A DNA stretch of 64,000 nucleotides from an uncultured Chloroflexia bacterium (GCA_963748625.1 CAVVJT010000007.1:832001-896000); one strand, 5' to 3'; numbered from the stretch's first letter, positions 12,728-23,856 are shown. Translations and numbers: made by a program. The notes: generated from the sequence alone by a model not told the origin.

Positions 12728-13150
12728 GGAGATCGCTGCCGGGAGGATCGCTGCCGGGAGGATCGCTGCCGGGAGCTCGCGGAGCGTGGGCACGCGGGAA
12801 GCCTACGCGAACTGGTCGGCGGCTCGCGGTCGCGTGGCGCGGTCGCCGGGTGCGGTCGCCGGGTGCGGTCGCCGGGTGCGGCCGCGTGGCGCGCCAGCCG
12901 CCCAGCGGGCCTTGTGTGCAGGGAAGCGCGCAGTCGTCCCGCTGGCCGGGCCGCGCAGGGTGATTCGGCGCTGAACAGGTCTCTGTCGCCCGCTGGACGG
13001 GACGAGTGTGCGGAATCATGCACGTACGGCCCGCTGGCCGGGAGCTGGCCCGGGCTGGCCGGGAGTTGGCCCGGGCTGGCCGGGAGTTGGGGCCAGGGCA
13101 GGCCGGGATCTGTACGGCCCGCTGGCCGGGAGCTGGCCGGGAGTTGGGGC
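12728..13150. repeat. Intergenic cluster of short tandem repeats (15, 13 and ~20 bp units)
   Basis: GGATCGCTGCCGGGA x3; CGGTCGCCGGGTG x3; GGCCCGGGCTGGCCGGGAG(C/T)T variants. Confidence 0.75.
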
Positions 13151-13180
13151 CCTGGCCAGGGTCCGGACGATGCGGGCGCT

Positions 13181-14680
13181 TCAGGCCCTCCGGGCCGCCA
13201 CCAGGTCCTCGAGCACCCGCCCGAACTCCCGCTGCACGTCAACGTAGCGGTCCGTCCGCATGACCAGCGCGACCTGCCCGTCGGCGGTGACCCGGGCCCA
13301 GACCCGGCGACGCGGCATCCAGAACGTGATGAGCAGGCCCGTGATCAGCAGACCGAACGCCGTCCACACGATCCCCTGCCCCGGATCGCGTTTGGCAATG
13401 AGCAGCGTGAACTCGCCGAAATCGCGCAATTCGATCGAGAAGTCCGTCCCGCCGGGCTGGGCGGTGTCGCCGCGGACGAGCACCACGGGCTCCAGGCCCT
13501 CGACCGCCGGCGATCCGTCCGGGTTCACCTCGCCCGACGCCCGGAACGGCAGGACCAGGAGGACGCCCACCCCGTCGGCGTCGCGCTGGAGCAGGAGCTG
13601 CAGGACCACGTCGCGGCCGGGCACCGCGAACTCGGCGAACGGGGAGCCGGCCGCCTGGTCGGTCATCGGGATCGGGCCGGTCCAGAGGGGATCGCCGCCT
13701 GCGTCGCGGATCACCAGCACCGGCGCCGGCCCGAAGCCGTTCTGGTGGAACGTGTAGCCGCCGGCCGCGAGCGGGTCGTTGACGCGGATCAGCTTGCGGG
13801 CCAGCAGCGCGCCATCCTGGTAGACCTCGAGGTCCGTGGTGAAGTCGGTCGGCCTGCCCGTGTCGAACCCGGGAGCCTCGAAGCCCAGGTTGCGCACCAG
13901 CAGCAGGCCCGGCGTCCCGATCGCCTGGACGGTCATCGTCTCGCCCTCTGCCACCACGAGGCCCTGCTCGTCCCCGAACCGCGAGGTCACCGCCGCCGCG
14001 ACCAGGAACAGGATCAGGCCCAGGTGGGAGATCAGGGTGGCGAGCTTGGTCCAGCGGTTGCGGTCGCCGTAGACGTAGGTCGTGCCGTCGTGGGTCGTGC
14101 CGTCGTGGGTCGCGCCGTCGTCGGTCGTGACGCCGTCGGTCGTCTCCTTCCGGACGACGAACCGGTGCCGCCGGAGCACCTCGGCCAGCGCGTCGGCCGA
14201 CACCCCTGCCATGAGCGCCCGATCCGGCAGCGTGGGGTCGAAGAAGGGGTCGGGCTGGACCACGCGGATCTCCGCGGACGAGCGCCACAGGCGCGGGGTC
14301 CGGTCGATGGTGCAGGCAATGATCGAGAGGATCAGCACCACCACGCCGATGCTGAACCAGACCGACGTGAAGACCTGGAAGAGCTGCAGCCGCTCCAGGA
14401 GCGAGACGATGTCCGGCCCGAGCGTCGGCTCGTACAAGGCCCGGAGCTTGTCCATCTCGTTCGCGTAGTCCGTCGCCGAGCGGAACGCGAACCCCGGCAG
14501 CTGCTTGAGGATCATGCCCACGACCGCGAGCAGGGCCAGGGCGATGATCTGGAGGACCGCGAAGTCCACGGAGGTCAGCAGACCCCAGATCGCATCGGCG
14601 ATGCGCGCGAGCGGATTGGGGGTGGGACGTGCGGGACGCGCCGCGCGACCCGCGGCCACCATGGTGCGGTCGTCGGTCAC
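13181..14680 (-). CDS. resB: Cytochrome c biogenesis protein ResB/Ccs1
   Basis: 'LTSVDFAVLQI...VFTSVWF...ACTIDR', 'HLGLIL', 'IRVNDPL', 'RDPGQGIVW...FWMPRRRVW'. Confidence 0.85.
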   Translation of the reverse strand: MTDDRTMVAAGRAARPARPTPNPLARIADAIWGLLTSVDFAVLQIIALALLAVVGMILKQLPGFAFRSATDYANEMDKLRALYEPTLGPDIVSLLERLQLFQVFTSVWFSIGVVVLILSIIACTIDRTPRLWRSSAEIRVVQPDPFFDPTLPDRALMAGVSADALAEVLRRHRFVVRKETTDGVTTDDGATHDGTTHDGTTYVYGDRNRWTKLATLISHLGLILFLVAAAVTSRFGDEQGLVVAEGETMTVQAIGTPGLLLVRNLGFEAPGFDTGRPTDFTTDLEVYQDGALLARKLIRVNDPLAAGGYTFHQNGFGPAPVLVIRDAGGDPLWTGPIPMTDQAAGSPFAEFAVPGRDVVLQLLLQRDADGVGVLLVLPFRASGEVNPDGSPAVEGLEPVVLVRGDTAQPGGTDFSIELRDFGEFTLLIAKRDPGQGIVWTAFGLLITGLLITFWMPRRRVWARVTADGQVALVMRTDRYVDVQREFGRVLEDLVAARRA

Positions 14681-14689
14681 CGGCGGATG

Positions 14690-15985
14690 CTACACCGGCT
14701 CGTCCGAACCCCCGGTGCCCCGGCCTGCGGGCAGCGCGCCACCCACATGGAAGGGCATCGACTCACCGCGTGCGTCCGCCCCCCGCGGCGCGCCGGACAC
14801 CCGGTCACGCCCGCCGCGCTTCGAGCGGTACATCGCCTCGTCCGCCTGCTCCAGCAGCCCGTTCACGGCCACACCGTCGTGCGGATACGACACGATGCCT
14901 ACCGAGACGGTCGTCGGCACGGGCGCGCCATCCAGCACCAGGGAAGCCTCGGCGATGCCCTGCCGGATCTGCTCGGCCACCACCCAGCCGCCGGTCGGGT
15001 CGGTCTCGGGCAGAAGCACCACGAACTCGTCGCCACCGAACCGGGCGCCGGTGTCGATCTTGCGGATACGGGACCGGATCACCTCCCCGGCGGTCCGGAG
15101 GGCCGCGTCTCCCGCCCGATGGCCGTGCCGGTCGTTGATGCCCTTGAGGTCGTCGAGATCGATCATCAGCACGCAGAAGGCCCGTCCGGTCCGCTCGCTC
15201 CGGCCCAGCTCGCGCTCGAGCGCCGCGAACACCGACCGCCGCGTGCGCAGCCCGGTGAGGTCGTCCTCGGTGGCCCGCCGGATGACCTCGTGGCGTGCGC
15301 GCCGGTGCTCCGCGGCCAGCGCCATGCCGACGTAGCCCACGAGGAACACGACAGCGAGGTTGACCGCGACCAGCGCGACCGCGAGGGGTGTCAGCGGGTT
15401 GGGTCCGCCGATGGCGACGGCTGCCAGGTACGCGATTCCTGCGGACGCGGCGACGACGACGGTGGTCCGCTCCGACACCACGACCGACGCACCGGCGACA
15501 AGCATCGCGAACACCGCCGTGAAGGGGCTCAGCGCACCGCCCGTCATGCCGACCAGGAGGCCGGCGAACAGCAGCCCCAGCACCCCCTCCGACGTGAGGA
15601 CGAGCGGATCGGGCCGACCGCCGGGCAGCAGCTCATGGACGATGAAGACGTAGACGCTGGCGATGGCGAGGAGGACGACGATCAGTGCCGCGCGATCGGC
15701 CCACAGGTTGGTGGCCGCCACGACCGCGGCGACGACGAACAGGAAGAGCCATGTGCCGACGCGCAGGACCCGGTCGAGCGCGGCGGGCCGCAGGTCACCC
15801 TCGGTGATGGAGTCCGTGCCGGCCCTCGCGTCGGCGTTGGCCTCGGCCCTGGCGTCGGCCTGTGCCGTCAGCGGGTGCGCACGATCGTGCAGGCGATGGC
15901 CCACGGGCGGCGCGAACGTGGCGAAGACGGCAAGCGCGCCGAGCAGCACGACAAGCCCCACCGCCAGGACGTTCTGCAGTTCCAC
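14690..15985 (-). CDS. Membrane-bound GGDEF diguanylate cyclase
   Basis: 'DDLTGL', 'DLDDLKGINDRHGHRAGD', 'RFGGDEF'; multiple TMs; start uncertain. Confidence 0.9.
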   Translation of the reverse strand: MELQNVLAVGLVVLLGALAVFATFAPPVGHRLHDRAHPLTAQADARAEANADARAGTDSITEGDLRPAALDRVLRVGTWLFLFVVAAVVAATNLWADRAALIVVLLAIASVYVFIVHELLPGGRPDPLVLTSEGVLGLLFAGLLVGMTGGALSPFTAVFAMLVAGASVVVSERTTVVVAASAGIAYLAAVAIGGPNPLTPLAVALVAVNLAVVFLVGYVGMALAAEHRRARHEVIRRATEDDLTGLRTRRSVFAALERELGRSERTGRAFCVLMIDLDDLKGINDRHGHRAGDAALRTAGEVIRSRIRKIDTGARFGGDEFVVLLPETDPTGGWVVAEQIRQGIAEASLVLDGAPVPTTVSVGIVSYPHDGVAVNGLLEQADEAMYRSKRGGRDRVSGAPRGADARGESMPFHVGGALPAGRGTGGSDEPV

Positions 15986-16158
15986 CTGATCGAGACCCCC
16001 GGGTGCGGACACGCCTCTCCCGTGACGCGTCCTGAGCGGATCGTACGACGCCGGGCGCTCCGGGTCACGCACCGCTGCGACATGGTGGTGTACGGAGGCG
16101 CCAACCCGTGCCGGGCGGACGCTCAGCGAGGGGCCGGCTGGCCCGGGGCCGCAGGCGC

Positions 16159-16632
16159 CTAGCGCGTCCCCCACTGGTAGGACTGCTTCATGAGCCGCAG
16201 GTAGACGAAGGTCTCCGTCTCGCGGACGCCCGGAATCTTGCGCAGCTTCTCCGAGAGGAACTGGAGGAGCGCCTCGTTGTCCTCCGCGACTGCCTCCACC
16301 AGGATGTCGTAGGCGCCCGCCGTCACGACGACGTAGTCAGTCTCGGGGAAGGCGGCGAGCGCCTCGGCGACCTCGATCAGGCGGCTGGCCTCACAGCGGA
16401 TCCCGATCATCGCCCACTGCTGGAAGCCGAGCTTGAGCGGGTCGGTGACGCCGACGACCTGGAGGATCCCCCGCTCGATCAGGCGGTTGGTGCGGGCACG
16501 AACGGCTGCCTCGGAGACGCCCAGGTCCGCGGCGATCTGCGTGAAGGGGCGGCGGCCGTCCTCCTGGAGGTGCTCGATGATCCGCTTGTCGAGCTCCGAG
16601 ATGTCGTACATCCGGTTCCGGCGGTCAGTCAT
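16159..16632 (-). CDS. Lrp/AsnC family regulator
   Basis: 'LDKRIIEHLQEDGRRPFTQIAADLGVSEAAVRAR', 'TAGAYD'. Confidence 0.92.
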   Translation of the reverse strand: MTDRRNRMYDISELDKRIIEHLQEDGRRPFTQIAADLGVSEAAVRARTNRLIERGILQVVGVTDPLKLGFQQWAMIGIRCEASRLIEVAEALAAFPETDYVVVTAGAYDILVEAVAEDNEALLQFLSEKLRKIPGVRETETFVYLRLMKQSYQWGTR

Positions 16633-16848
16633 CGCCGCGCGCTCCGGCGCGGGGCGATCGGCGAGAGCGCGCACGTGATGACGCGGGGGGCGCGCAGGTC
16701 GACGGGACGCATCATGGCGTCTCCGGCGTGGGGCGCCGCGGGTTGGAGGAGTTGGCGCCGGGCCGGGATGCTACCACTGCGGGACGGCCGCTGCGACGAG
16801 GAAACCCAACGGGCGGGACACGCGAAAGCCGGGGTGGTGCTCGACTGC

Positions 16849-17786
16849 TCAGCCCCGGTCGAGCAGCTCCAGGACCGGGGCGAGGGCCGCGACCGAGGCC
16901 TCGGTGATCGGATCCACCACCAGCTGCACATGCCCGATGCCCTGCCGGGCGTAGGCGCGCAGCTCCTCGGCCAGGTGCTCCGCCGAGCCCGTCGAGCGGC
17001 GCAACCGACATCTTCTCGGACGTGTCGCCCATCACCCGGCCCGTGCCGCCCGGCATCCGCACCAGCACCGCGACCGTGCGCTCCACCATCGACGGATCGC
17101 GGCCCGCATCGAGGCAGGCGCCGTCCACGACGTCGCGCAGGGCGCCGACCCCGGCCGGCGCAGTTGCCCGTGTCGGCGTACCACGCGTTCCACGCCGCCA
17201 CGTACGGAATCGTCGCGCGCAGCATGCGCGGCCCCGACGACCCGATGAGGATCGGCGGGCCGCCCGGCCGCGCCGGCCGCGGCAGGAGCTCGGCGTCACG
17301 GGCGGTGAAGAACTCGCCCTCGAAGTCGATCGTGCCATGGGCGAGGAGCTCGTGCACGATCGTGAACGCCTCCTCGAAACGCGAGATCCGGTGATCGAAC
17401 GGGGCACCGAGGGCCGCGAACTCCACCGGGTTCCAGCCCGCCCCGAGACCCAGGACGAGGCGCCCGCCGGAGATCTCGTCCACGGTGGCGGCCTGCTTGG
17501 CCAGCATGAACGGACTGTGGAACGCGGTGGCCGCCACCAGCGGACCCAGCGTCACGCGCTCCGTCGCCTCGGCGAGGCCGGCCAGGGTCGTCCAGGCCTC
17601 CCACGGACCGCGGGTCTCCCCGGCGTCGTACCGGTAGAGCAGGTGGTCGCCGAACCAGACGGAGTCGAAGCCCGCCTGCTCGGCGGTGCGGGCGATCGCG
17701 CGGAGCTCGGGCCAGCGGACCTCGCGCTCCACCTCGGGCAGCTGGATGCCGACGCCAAGGGGCCGGCCGGGTCGTCTCGGGATCAT
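16849..17786 (-). CDS. LLM-class flavin-dependent oxidoreductase (frameshifts near 17165, 16990)
   Basis: 'AEQAGFDSVWFGDHLLY', 'TVDEISGGRLVLGLGAGW'. Confidence 0.85.
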
Positions 17787-17852
17787 GCCCCCGACGGTAG
17801 CACCGGCGGGCGGGCGTCCGATGCGCCGCTGATGCGGCGTACGATGCGACCG

Positions 17853-19095
17853 ATGGCCACCCGCGATATCGGGCTCCTGTTCGCCGCACGCACCGTGCGC
17901 ATGTTCGGCTACGGCCTCCTTGCCGTGGTGCTCGTCCTGTACCTGGCGGCCGTCGGCTACGACGGGGCGCAGATCGGCCTCCTCCTGGCCCTCACGTTGC
18001 TCGGCGATGCGGCGATGTCGCTGTGGCTCACCACGCACGCGGACCGCATCGGCAGGCGACGCGTCCTCGCGCTCGGCGCGGTCCTGATGCTCGTGGCCGG
18101 CGGCTCGCCTTCGCCGCGACACCCGATCTTCGCCGTGCTCCTGGTCGCAGCCACCGTCGGCGTCATCAGCCCCAGCGGCAACGAGGTCGGCCCGTTCCTC
18201 GCGGTGGAGCAGGCGTCGCTGAGCCAGCTCGTCCCGGACCGCCGCCGCACGCATCTCTTCACCCGGTACCAGCTCGCGGGCTCCCTGGCCACCGCGGCCG
18301 GCACGCTGGCGGCCGGAGCGCTGGTCGGGATCGCGTCCGCGCCAGCCGGAGCACGACGGGCCCGGCGGACGTGTACCGCGGGGTGATCGTGGGCTATGCG
18401 CTGGTGGGCGCCGTCCTCGCCGTCCTGTTCTGGCGCCTGTCGCCGGCCATCGAAGTCGCCCGCACCCGGAGGCGGCCGACCAGACCGTCCGCGCGCGCCT
18501 GGGCCTCCATCGAAGCCAGCGGGTCGTGCCGAGCCTCTCCGCGCTGTTCGCCCTCGACGCCTTCGCCGGCGGCTTCGTCATGCAGGGCTTCATCGCGTAC
18601 TGGCTCGCGGACAGGTTCGGGGCCGACCCGTCGTGATCGGCGGGATCCTGTTCGGCGGCCAACGTGCTGGCCGCAGTCTCGGCGCTCGCCGCGGCCCCCC
18701 TGGCGGCACGGTTCGGCCTGGTCAACACGATGGTCTTCACCCACCTGCCGTCGAACGTGCTGCTCTGCCTCGTGCCGTTCATGCCCACGCTGGAGCTCGC
18801 CGTCCTCGTCCTGCTCGCCCGCTTCGCCATCAGCCAGATGGACGTGCCGACACGCCAGTCCTACACGATGGCGATCGTGGACCCCGACGAGCGATCGGCG
18901 GCGGCAGGGATCACGGGCATCGCCCGCAGTCTCGGCGTGGCAGCCTCACCCCTGGTCGCCGCGCCGCTCGTGGTGTCCTCGGCCGTGCCCGGTCTGCCGT
19001 TCGTGATCTCCGGCGCGCTCAAGGTGGTGTACGACCTGCTGCTGTGGCGCCGCTTCCGCGCGGTGCGCCCGCCCGAGGAACGCGTGGGCTCCTGA
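17853..19095 (+). CDS. MFS transporter (several frameshifts)
   Basis: 'ADRIGRRRVL', 'GVISPSGNEVGPFLAVEQA', 'NTMVFTHLPSN', 'SQMDVPTRQSY' across frames. Confidence 0.82.
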
Positions 19096-19134
19096 CGAGA
19101 GCCGGTGGAGCCGACCGGAGGAACTGGGCCGGGC

Positions 19135-20766
19135 CTACGGGGTGACGATCCCGTTCCCGGTGATCAGCGACAGGATCACGTCGATGTCGGCTGAGCCCGT
19201 GACGCCCGTGTACTTCGCCTTGACCGTTCCTTGGCCGTCCACCACGAACACCCACGGCTGCTCGGTGGCCGGCCAGACCTCGTCGCCCATGCCCCAGGGC
19301 AGGGTCCAGCGGTTGAGCGGCGGATCCTCGAGGCTCCCCGACAGGACGGGCTCGTCGGTGATCACCTGGTACTCGAACGGCTCGAGGTGCGCGAAGGTCA
19401 CATCCGGCCAGCGGTCGAGCAGGTAGCGGACCATGGTGATCGCACGACCGCAGGCGGGCGAGGTGCGGAACCGGTTGGAGTCGATCACGAGCACGTACGG
19501 CCGGCCCGCCTTGCGCGCGTCCGCGATGGACGTGGCGTACAGGCGCTCGTCGATCTGGGCGTCCACGACCGTGGTGATCTGCTTGAGGTCACCGCCGACG
19601 TCGGCGCTGGTGGGCGTGTCCACGTCGGGCGCCGGCTCGCCGATCCGTGCGGTGATGCCGGGGTCGAGCGCGACGATCGGGGTGTGTCCGGTCCGCCCGT
19701 CGGCCGTGGTGACGACGAGCTGCCAGCTGCCCGCCGACGGGATGGGCACGTAGCCCACGAACGAGGTGACGCGCTCCCCTTTCGGGAGGATGGCGGTCGC
19801 CGGGACCGGCGGACCGGTGGATGCATCCCCCAGACCGGTGACCTGGAACGTGACCGGGACCGAGCCATCGAGCAGCCCGCCCTTCCCGTCACCGATGTCC
19901 ACGATGACCGGCGTGGAGTCCTCGGCCCAGATCGAGGTGGACACGACGGTGAGGCGCAGGACGTCCGCAGCGGGGGCCGCCGTCGCGCCGGCGGTGGACG
20001 CCGTGGGGGCGGGCGTGGGTGCTCGGGTGGGCACCGGCGTGGCGGTCGCGCCGGGCGCAGGGGTGGGCGTGGCGGGCGGCTCGGTGGGCGGCGGCGTCTC
20101 CGCGAGGAGCTGCTTCATGATGGCCGTGATCGGCTCCGCCTGCGTGCCGAAGGGGAACGTCGCGCGGAGCCGGCCCTGGGCGTCGACGAGAAACAGGTCG
20201 GCCGTGTGCGCCATCGCGTAGCCGCCGTCGGACTCCTGGTCGATGCGGGCGTACTTGACGCCCCAGCCCGCCGTGTTGCGGCTGATCTCGTCGGGCGTGC
20301 CCGACAGGCCGTAGTAGGCATCCGGCAGGTAGCGCATGTAGTTGGCCATCGCCGCAACGTCGTCCCGCTCCGGGTCCACGGACACGAACACCACGCGCGG
20401 GCCAGGCCCGACCTCGGCGAGGACCTGGTTCACGTTGCCCACGGTGGTCGGGCAGACGTCGGGGCAGTGCGTGTAGCCGAAGAAGAGGAGGACCGGGCGG
20501 CCGGCGAGGTCGGCCAGGCGGAAGGGCTGGCCATCCTGGTCGGTGAGCTCCAGGGGGGGTGCGGGTTTCGCCTCCGCGAAGGCGAACGCCGAGGCGCCGG
20601 GCGCCGCACTCGCTGCGGTACTCCCGCTATTGCCTCCGACCAGCGCAAGGAGGGCGACGGCGACCAGGCCGAACACGACCATGGCGATGCCGCCCGCAAT
20701 CACGGCTCGCTTGTCGAGCGGCTGCATGTCGGGCGTGGGCGGCGAGGATGAGACGGGTCCGGTCAT
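19135..20766 (-). CDS. SCO family protein with large C-terminal thioredoxin-like extension
   Basis: 'FFGYTHCPDVCP', 'SVDPERD', 'MAHT'; PT linker and extra domains. Confidence 0.88.
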   Translation of the reverse strand: MTGPVSSSPPTPDMQPLDKRAVIAGGIAMVVFGLVAVALLALVGGNSGSTAASAAPGASAFAFAEAKPAPPLELTDQDGQPFRLADLAGRPVLLFFGYTHCPDVCPTTVGNVNQVLAEVGPGPRVVFVSVDPERDDVAAMANYMRYLPDAYYGLSGTPDEISRNTAGWGVKYARIDQESDGGYAMAHTADLFLVDAQGRLRATFPFGTQAEPITAIMKQLLAETPPPTEPPATPTPAPGATATPVPTRAPTPAPTASTAGATAAPAADVLRLTVVSTSIWAEDSTPVIVDIGDGKGGLLDGSVPVTFQVTGLGDASTGPPVPATAILPKGERVTSFVGYVPIPSAGSWQLVVTTADGRTGHTPIVALDPGITARIGEPAPDVDTPTSADVGGDLKQITTVVDAQIDERLYATSIADARKAGRPYVLVIDSNRFRTSPACGRAITMVRYLLDRWPDVTFAHLEPFEYQVITDEPVLSGSLEDPPLNRWTLPWGMGDEVWPATEQPWVFVVDGQGTVKAKYTGVTGSADIDVILSLITGNGIVTP

Positions 20767-20778
20767 CGGGTGCGGGTC

Positions 20779-21234
20779 CTAGTTGTCGCGGATCTCGGCG
20801 CTGAGGACGATGCTGCCGCTGCCCCGGGTCGCGATGGTGAGATCCACCCTGCCGCCCGCAGTCAGGTCCTGCTTGAGGTCCATGAGCATCACGTGCAGGC
20901 CGCCGGGCGCGAACGTGACGGTCCCGCCGGCCGGAACCGGCACGGATGCGACCTCCTGCATCCCCATCATCCCCGAGGAGTCCTCGACGGTCTCGTGCAG
21001 GCCCGCCGACCCGGCAACCGAGGACGTGACACCCGTGAGAGCGTCCTCCACGGTCTGGCCGTTGGTGACGTCGAAGTAGGCGGCGGTCATGCCGCCGGAC
21101 CCGGCGGACCGCACCCAGACGTTCCTGAAGGTCATGGGCCCGCCGGCCGCGCTGGGAGCTGTGGAGCCGCCGCAGGCGGCGACCATCACGCCCAGCCACA
21201 GGGCCATGAGCACGGCCGCGGTTCGCTTGAGCAT
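20779..21234 (-). CDS. PCu(A)C copper chaperone lipoprotein
   Basis: Lipobox VAAC; 'TAAYF', 'LHET...MGM...PGGLHVMLMDL'. Confidence 0.9.
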   Translation of the reverse strand: MLKRTAAVLMALWLGVMVAACGGSTAPSAAGGPMTFRNVWVRSAGSGGMTAAYFDVTNGQTVEDALTGVTSSVAGSAGLHETVEDSSGMMGMQEVASVPVPAGGTVTFAPGGLHVMLMDLKQDLTAGGRVDLTIATRGSGSIVLSAEIRDN

Positions 21235-21424
21235 CCGATCTGCCTCCGGAGGACGCACGGGTCGCGGGTCGGCTTGCGACCCGGATCCGCGCCGGTTGAC
21301 GTGAGCGCAGTCTCGCAGGCCGGTCGGGCTGGCCGACCGGCGTAACGTCCCGAAGGTACCGGGCCGTCCGGCATCGTGCTGGCGAGCGCACCCGACCGCC
21401 GACTGGAGCGGCCAGAATGGCGGC

Positions 21425-22255
21425 ATGCGGCACGGGATCATCCTCACCACCGGCAACCCGCGGGAGGCAGCTGGGCTCGCCGCCGCCGCGGAGGCGGCGG
21501 GCTGGGACGGCGTGTTCACCTACGACGCCATCGCCATCGGCGACGAGGACGTCTACGACCCCTGGATCACGCTCGCCGCGATGGCGACGCAGACTGATCG
21601 GGTGCAGCTGGGCGCCTACGTCTTCGCGCCCGCGCGCCGGCGGCCGTGGAAGCTGGCCAAGGAGGCGGTGACGCTGGACGTGCTTTCCGGGGGCCGGCTG
21701 GTGCTGCCGGTCGGGCTTGGGGCGCTCGACGACGCGGGGTTCGGCAACGTGGGCGAGCCCGTGGAGGCCCGGATCCGCGCGCAGCGGCTTGACGAGACCC
21801 TGGCGATCCTCGATGGGCTGCAGTCCGGCGTCCCGTTCGCGTTCGAGGGCGAGCACTACCGCTTCGGGCCGATGACGCTGCTGCCGCGCCCGGTGCAGCG
21901 GCCCAGGATCCCGGTCTGGGTGGTGGGAGCCTGGCCGCATGAGCGCTCGATGCGGCGAGCGCTGCGCTGGGACGGGCTCGCGGTCCAGGCGACCGGTCCA
22001 GACGGTGCGCCGGCGGGGCCGGGCGTGCTCGAGGAGATCACGGCGTGGGTCCGGCGCGAACGTCCAGGGGCGGCGGTCGGCGGGTCGTTCGACATCATCG
22101 TGGATGGGGTCACGCCGGCGGACGACGCAGTTGCGGCGCGGGCGATCACGGCGGCCCACGAGGCCGCGGGCGCCACGTGGTGGCTCGAGGCGGACTGGGC
22201 GACCCGCTCGGTGGATGCGTTGCGGGCCCGGATCGCGGCCGGCCCGGCCCGGTAG
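21425..22255 (+). CDS. LLM-class flavin-dependent oxidoreductase
   Basis: 'AEAAGWDGVFTYD', 'RRRPWKLAKEAVTLDVLSGGRLVLPVGLG'. Confidence 0.9.
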   Translation: MRHGIILTTGNPREAAGLAAAAEAAGWDGVFTYDAIAIGDEDVYDPWITLAAMATQTDRVQLGAYVFAPARRRPWKLAKEAVTLDVLSGGRLVLPVGLGALDDAGFGNVGEPVEARIRAQRLDETLAILDGLQSGVPFAFEGEHYRFGPMTLLPRPVQRPRIPVWVVGAWPHERSMRRALRWDGLAVQATGPDGAPAGPGVLEEITAWVRRERPGAAVGGSFDIIVDGVTPADDAVAARAITAAHEAAGATWWLEADWATRSVDALRARIAAGPAR

Positions 22256-22335
22256 GGACATGGCGGGGTAGTCCCCCTCCAGGGGGGTCCCACCGGCCCA
22301 TTGCCGCGTGACGGCAAGGGCGTACGGTATCCGTC

Positions 22336-23337
22336 ATGGGGGCCAACCGATCCGGACGTGCACTCCGCCTGCTCCTCGCGCTGGTGGTCGCCGTGCTCGC
22401 GCCCATGGCGGGCGAGGCCGGCGCGACCGCGCAGGCTGGAATCTCGGCGCCCTGCGCCGTGGGCGACACGCTGACCCGATACCGCGAGCCGGCGGACTGG
22501 TATCGCAGCGTGCTCGATACGAGGCTGCGGCTGCGTCGCTCCTACGCGCCATCGGACCTTGTGCCCGTCCTCCGGGTCGGGGTCCGCGGCGGCGGCACCT
22601 TGCGGCGGTTGGCGATCACGGACCTTGGCGCCATGTACCGGGCGGCCAAGCGGGCGGGCGCGCCCTTCGAGGCCACCTCCGCGTACCGCTCGTACGCCAC
22701 GCAGACGGCCGTGTTCTGGTCGTGGGTGCGCAAGAGCAGCCTCCGCCAGGCCCTGCTGACCTCGGCGCGTCCGGGCCACTCGGAGCACCAGCTGGGAACC
22801 GCCCTGGATCTGAAGACGCCCGGTGGCAGCGAACCCTGGTTCCACCGTGACTGGGGGAGCACGGCCGCGGGCGCGTGGCTGCGCCGGAACAGCTGGCGGT
22901 ACGGCTTCGTGCTCAGCTATCCCAAGGCGGACAGCCCGAGGAGCACCTGCTACGCCTACGAGCCGTGGCACTTCCGCTACGTGGGTCGCAGGATCGCGGC
23001 CGAGATCCACGCCTCGGGATTGGCGCCCAGGGACTGGCTCTGGAAGCATGGCGGGACGACCAGCTGGACCGGCGGTCTGCCCCACGCCACGCCGGCACCG
23101 ACGGCGACGCCCGAGCCCACCGCTTCGCCGGAGCCGACCACCACGCCCGAGCCGACGACGGGGCCGACGCCGGAACCCACTGCGACGCCGAAACCCACGC
23201 CCGAGCCGACGACGGGGCCGACGCCGGACCCCACTGCGACGCCGAAACCCACGCCCGAGCCGACGCCTGAACCGACACCGGAGATCACCCCGACGCCCGG
23301 GCCGACCACCAGTCCAACGCCCGAGGCCACGCCCTGA
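22336..23337 (+). CDS. M15B D,D-carboxypeptidase (VanY-like) with PT-rich tail
   Basis: 'SAYRSYATQ', '[15 protein letters not shown]', '[10 protein letters not shown]'. Confidence 0.92.
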   Translation: MGANRSGRALRLLLALVVAVLAPMAGEAGATAQAGISAPCAVGDTLTRYREPADWYRSVLDTRLRLRRSYAPSDLVPVLRVGVRGGGTLRRLAITDLGAMYRAAKRAGAPFEATSAYRSYATQTAVFWSWVRKSSLRQALLTSARPGHSEHQLGTALDLKTPGGSEPWFHRDWGSTAAGAWLRRNSWRYGFVLSYPKADSPRSTCYAYEPWHFRYVGRRIAAEIHASGLAPRDWLWKHGGTTSWTGGLPHATPAPTATPEPTASPEPTTTPEPTTGPTPEPTATPKPTPEPTTGPTPDPTATPKPTPEPTPEPTPEITPTPGPTTSPTPEATP

Positions 23338-23370
23338 CCTGCCACGCGGGGGCCCGGCGCAGGGCCCCAG

Positions 23371-23856
23371 CTACGACTTGGAGAAGCGACCCGTCGCCCG
23401 CCCCTGGCGAATCCAGATCGCCATGGCGACGAGGAACCGCAGGATCAGCGAGATGCCGTAGAGCGTGCACCAGATGCACACGGCCTTGATCACGAACACC
23501 TGCAGCGCCAGGAAGTAGATCTCGAAGATCACGCCCACGAGCGACAGCCCGTAGTGGACGTCGAGCAGGGCAGGCTTGTCGGTCTTGACCCAGGCGAGCG
23601 CGAGCACCAGGAGGATCGTCGACAGGATCACGCCATACACGGCGACCGGGAACGGCCCGATCCATGCGTACTCGGAGGCCGCCACTGTCTCGCAGCCGTG
23701 GAGCGGGCCGCAGTACGGCACGCCGCCCCCGAGCTCCACGGTGGAGAGGTAGAGGGCGATCGCCAGGCCGATCACGTCGAGGACGACGAGGATCCAGCCG
23801 GGATGGATGCCGCGGATGCGCGGCGTGGGGGACGTCTTGGCGGTGTCGGAAGTCAT
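23371..23856 (-). CDS. Vitamin K epoxide reductase family protein
   Basis: 'YCGPLHGCETVAASEY' and 'CIWC' motifs, 4 TM. Confidence 0.9.
   Translation of the reverse strand: MTSDTAKTSPTPRIRGIHPGWILVVLDVIGLAIALYLSTVELGGGVPYCGPLHGCETVAASEYAWIGPFPVAVYGVILSTILLVLALAWVKTDKPALLDVHYGLSLVGVIFEIYFLALQVFVIKAVCIWCTLYGISLILRFLVAMAIWIRQGRATGRFSKS

Noticed and set aside
12863-16162. 1099-aa plus-strand ORF (and similar long ORFs at 8019, 16629, 23912, 36113, 53493)
   Set aside because: Antisense or off-frame shadows of real high-GC genes, Arg/Gly/Pro-rich with no motifs (8019 and 16629 contain only frameshifted parts of real genes)
22336-23337. vanY as part of a glycopeptide resistance cluster
   Set aside because: No vanHAX/vanRS nearby; looks like an ordinary M15B peptidase
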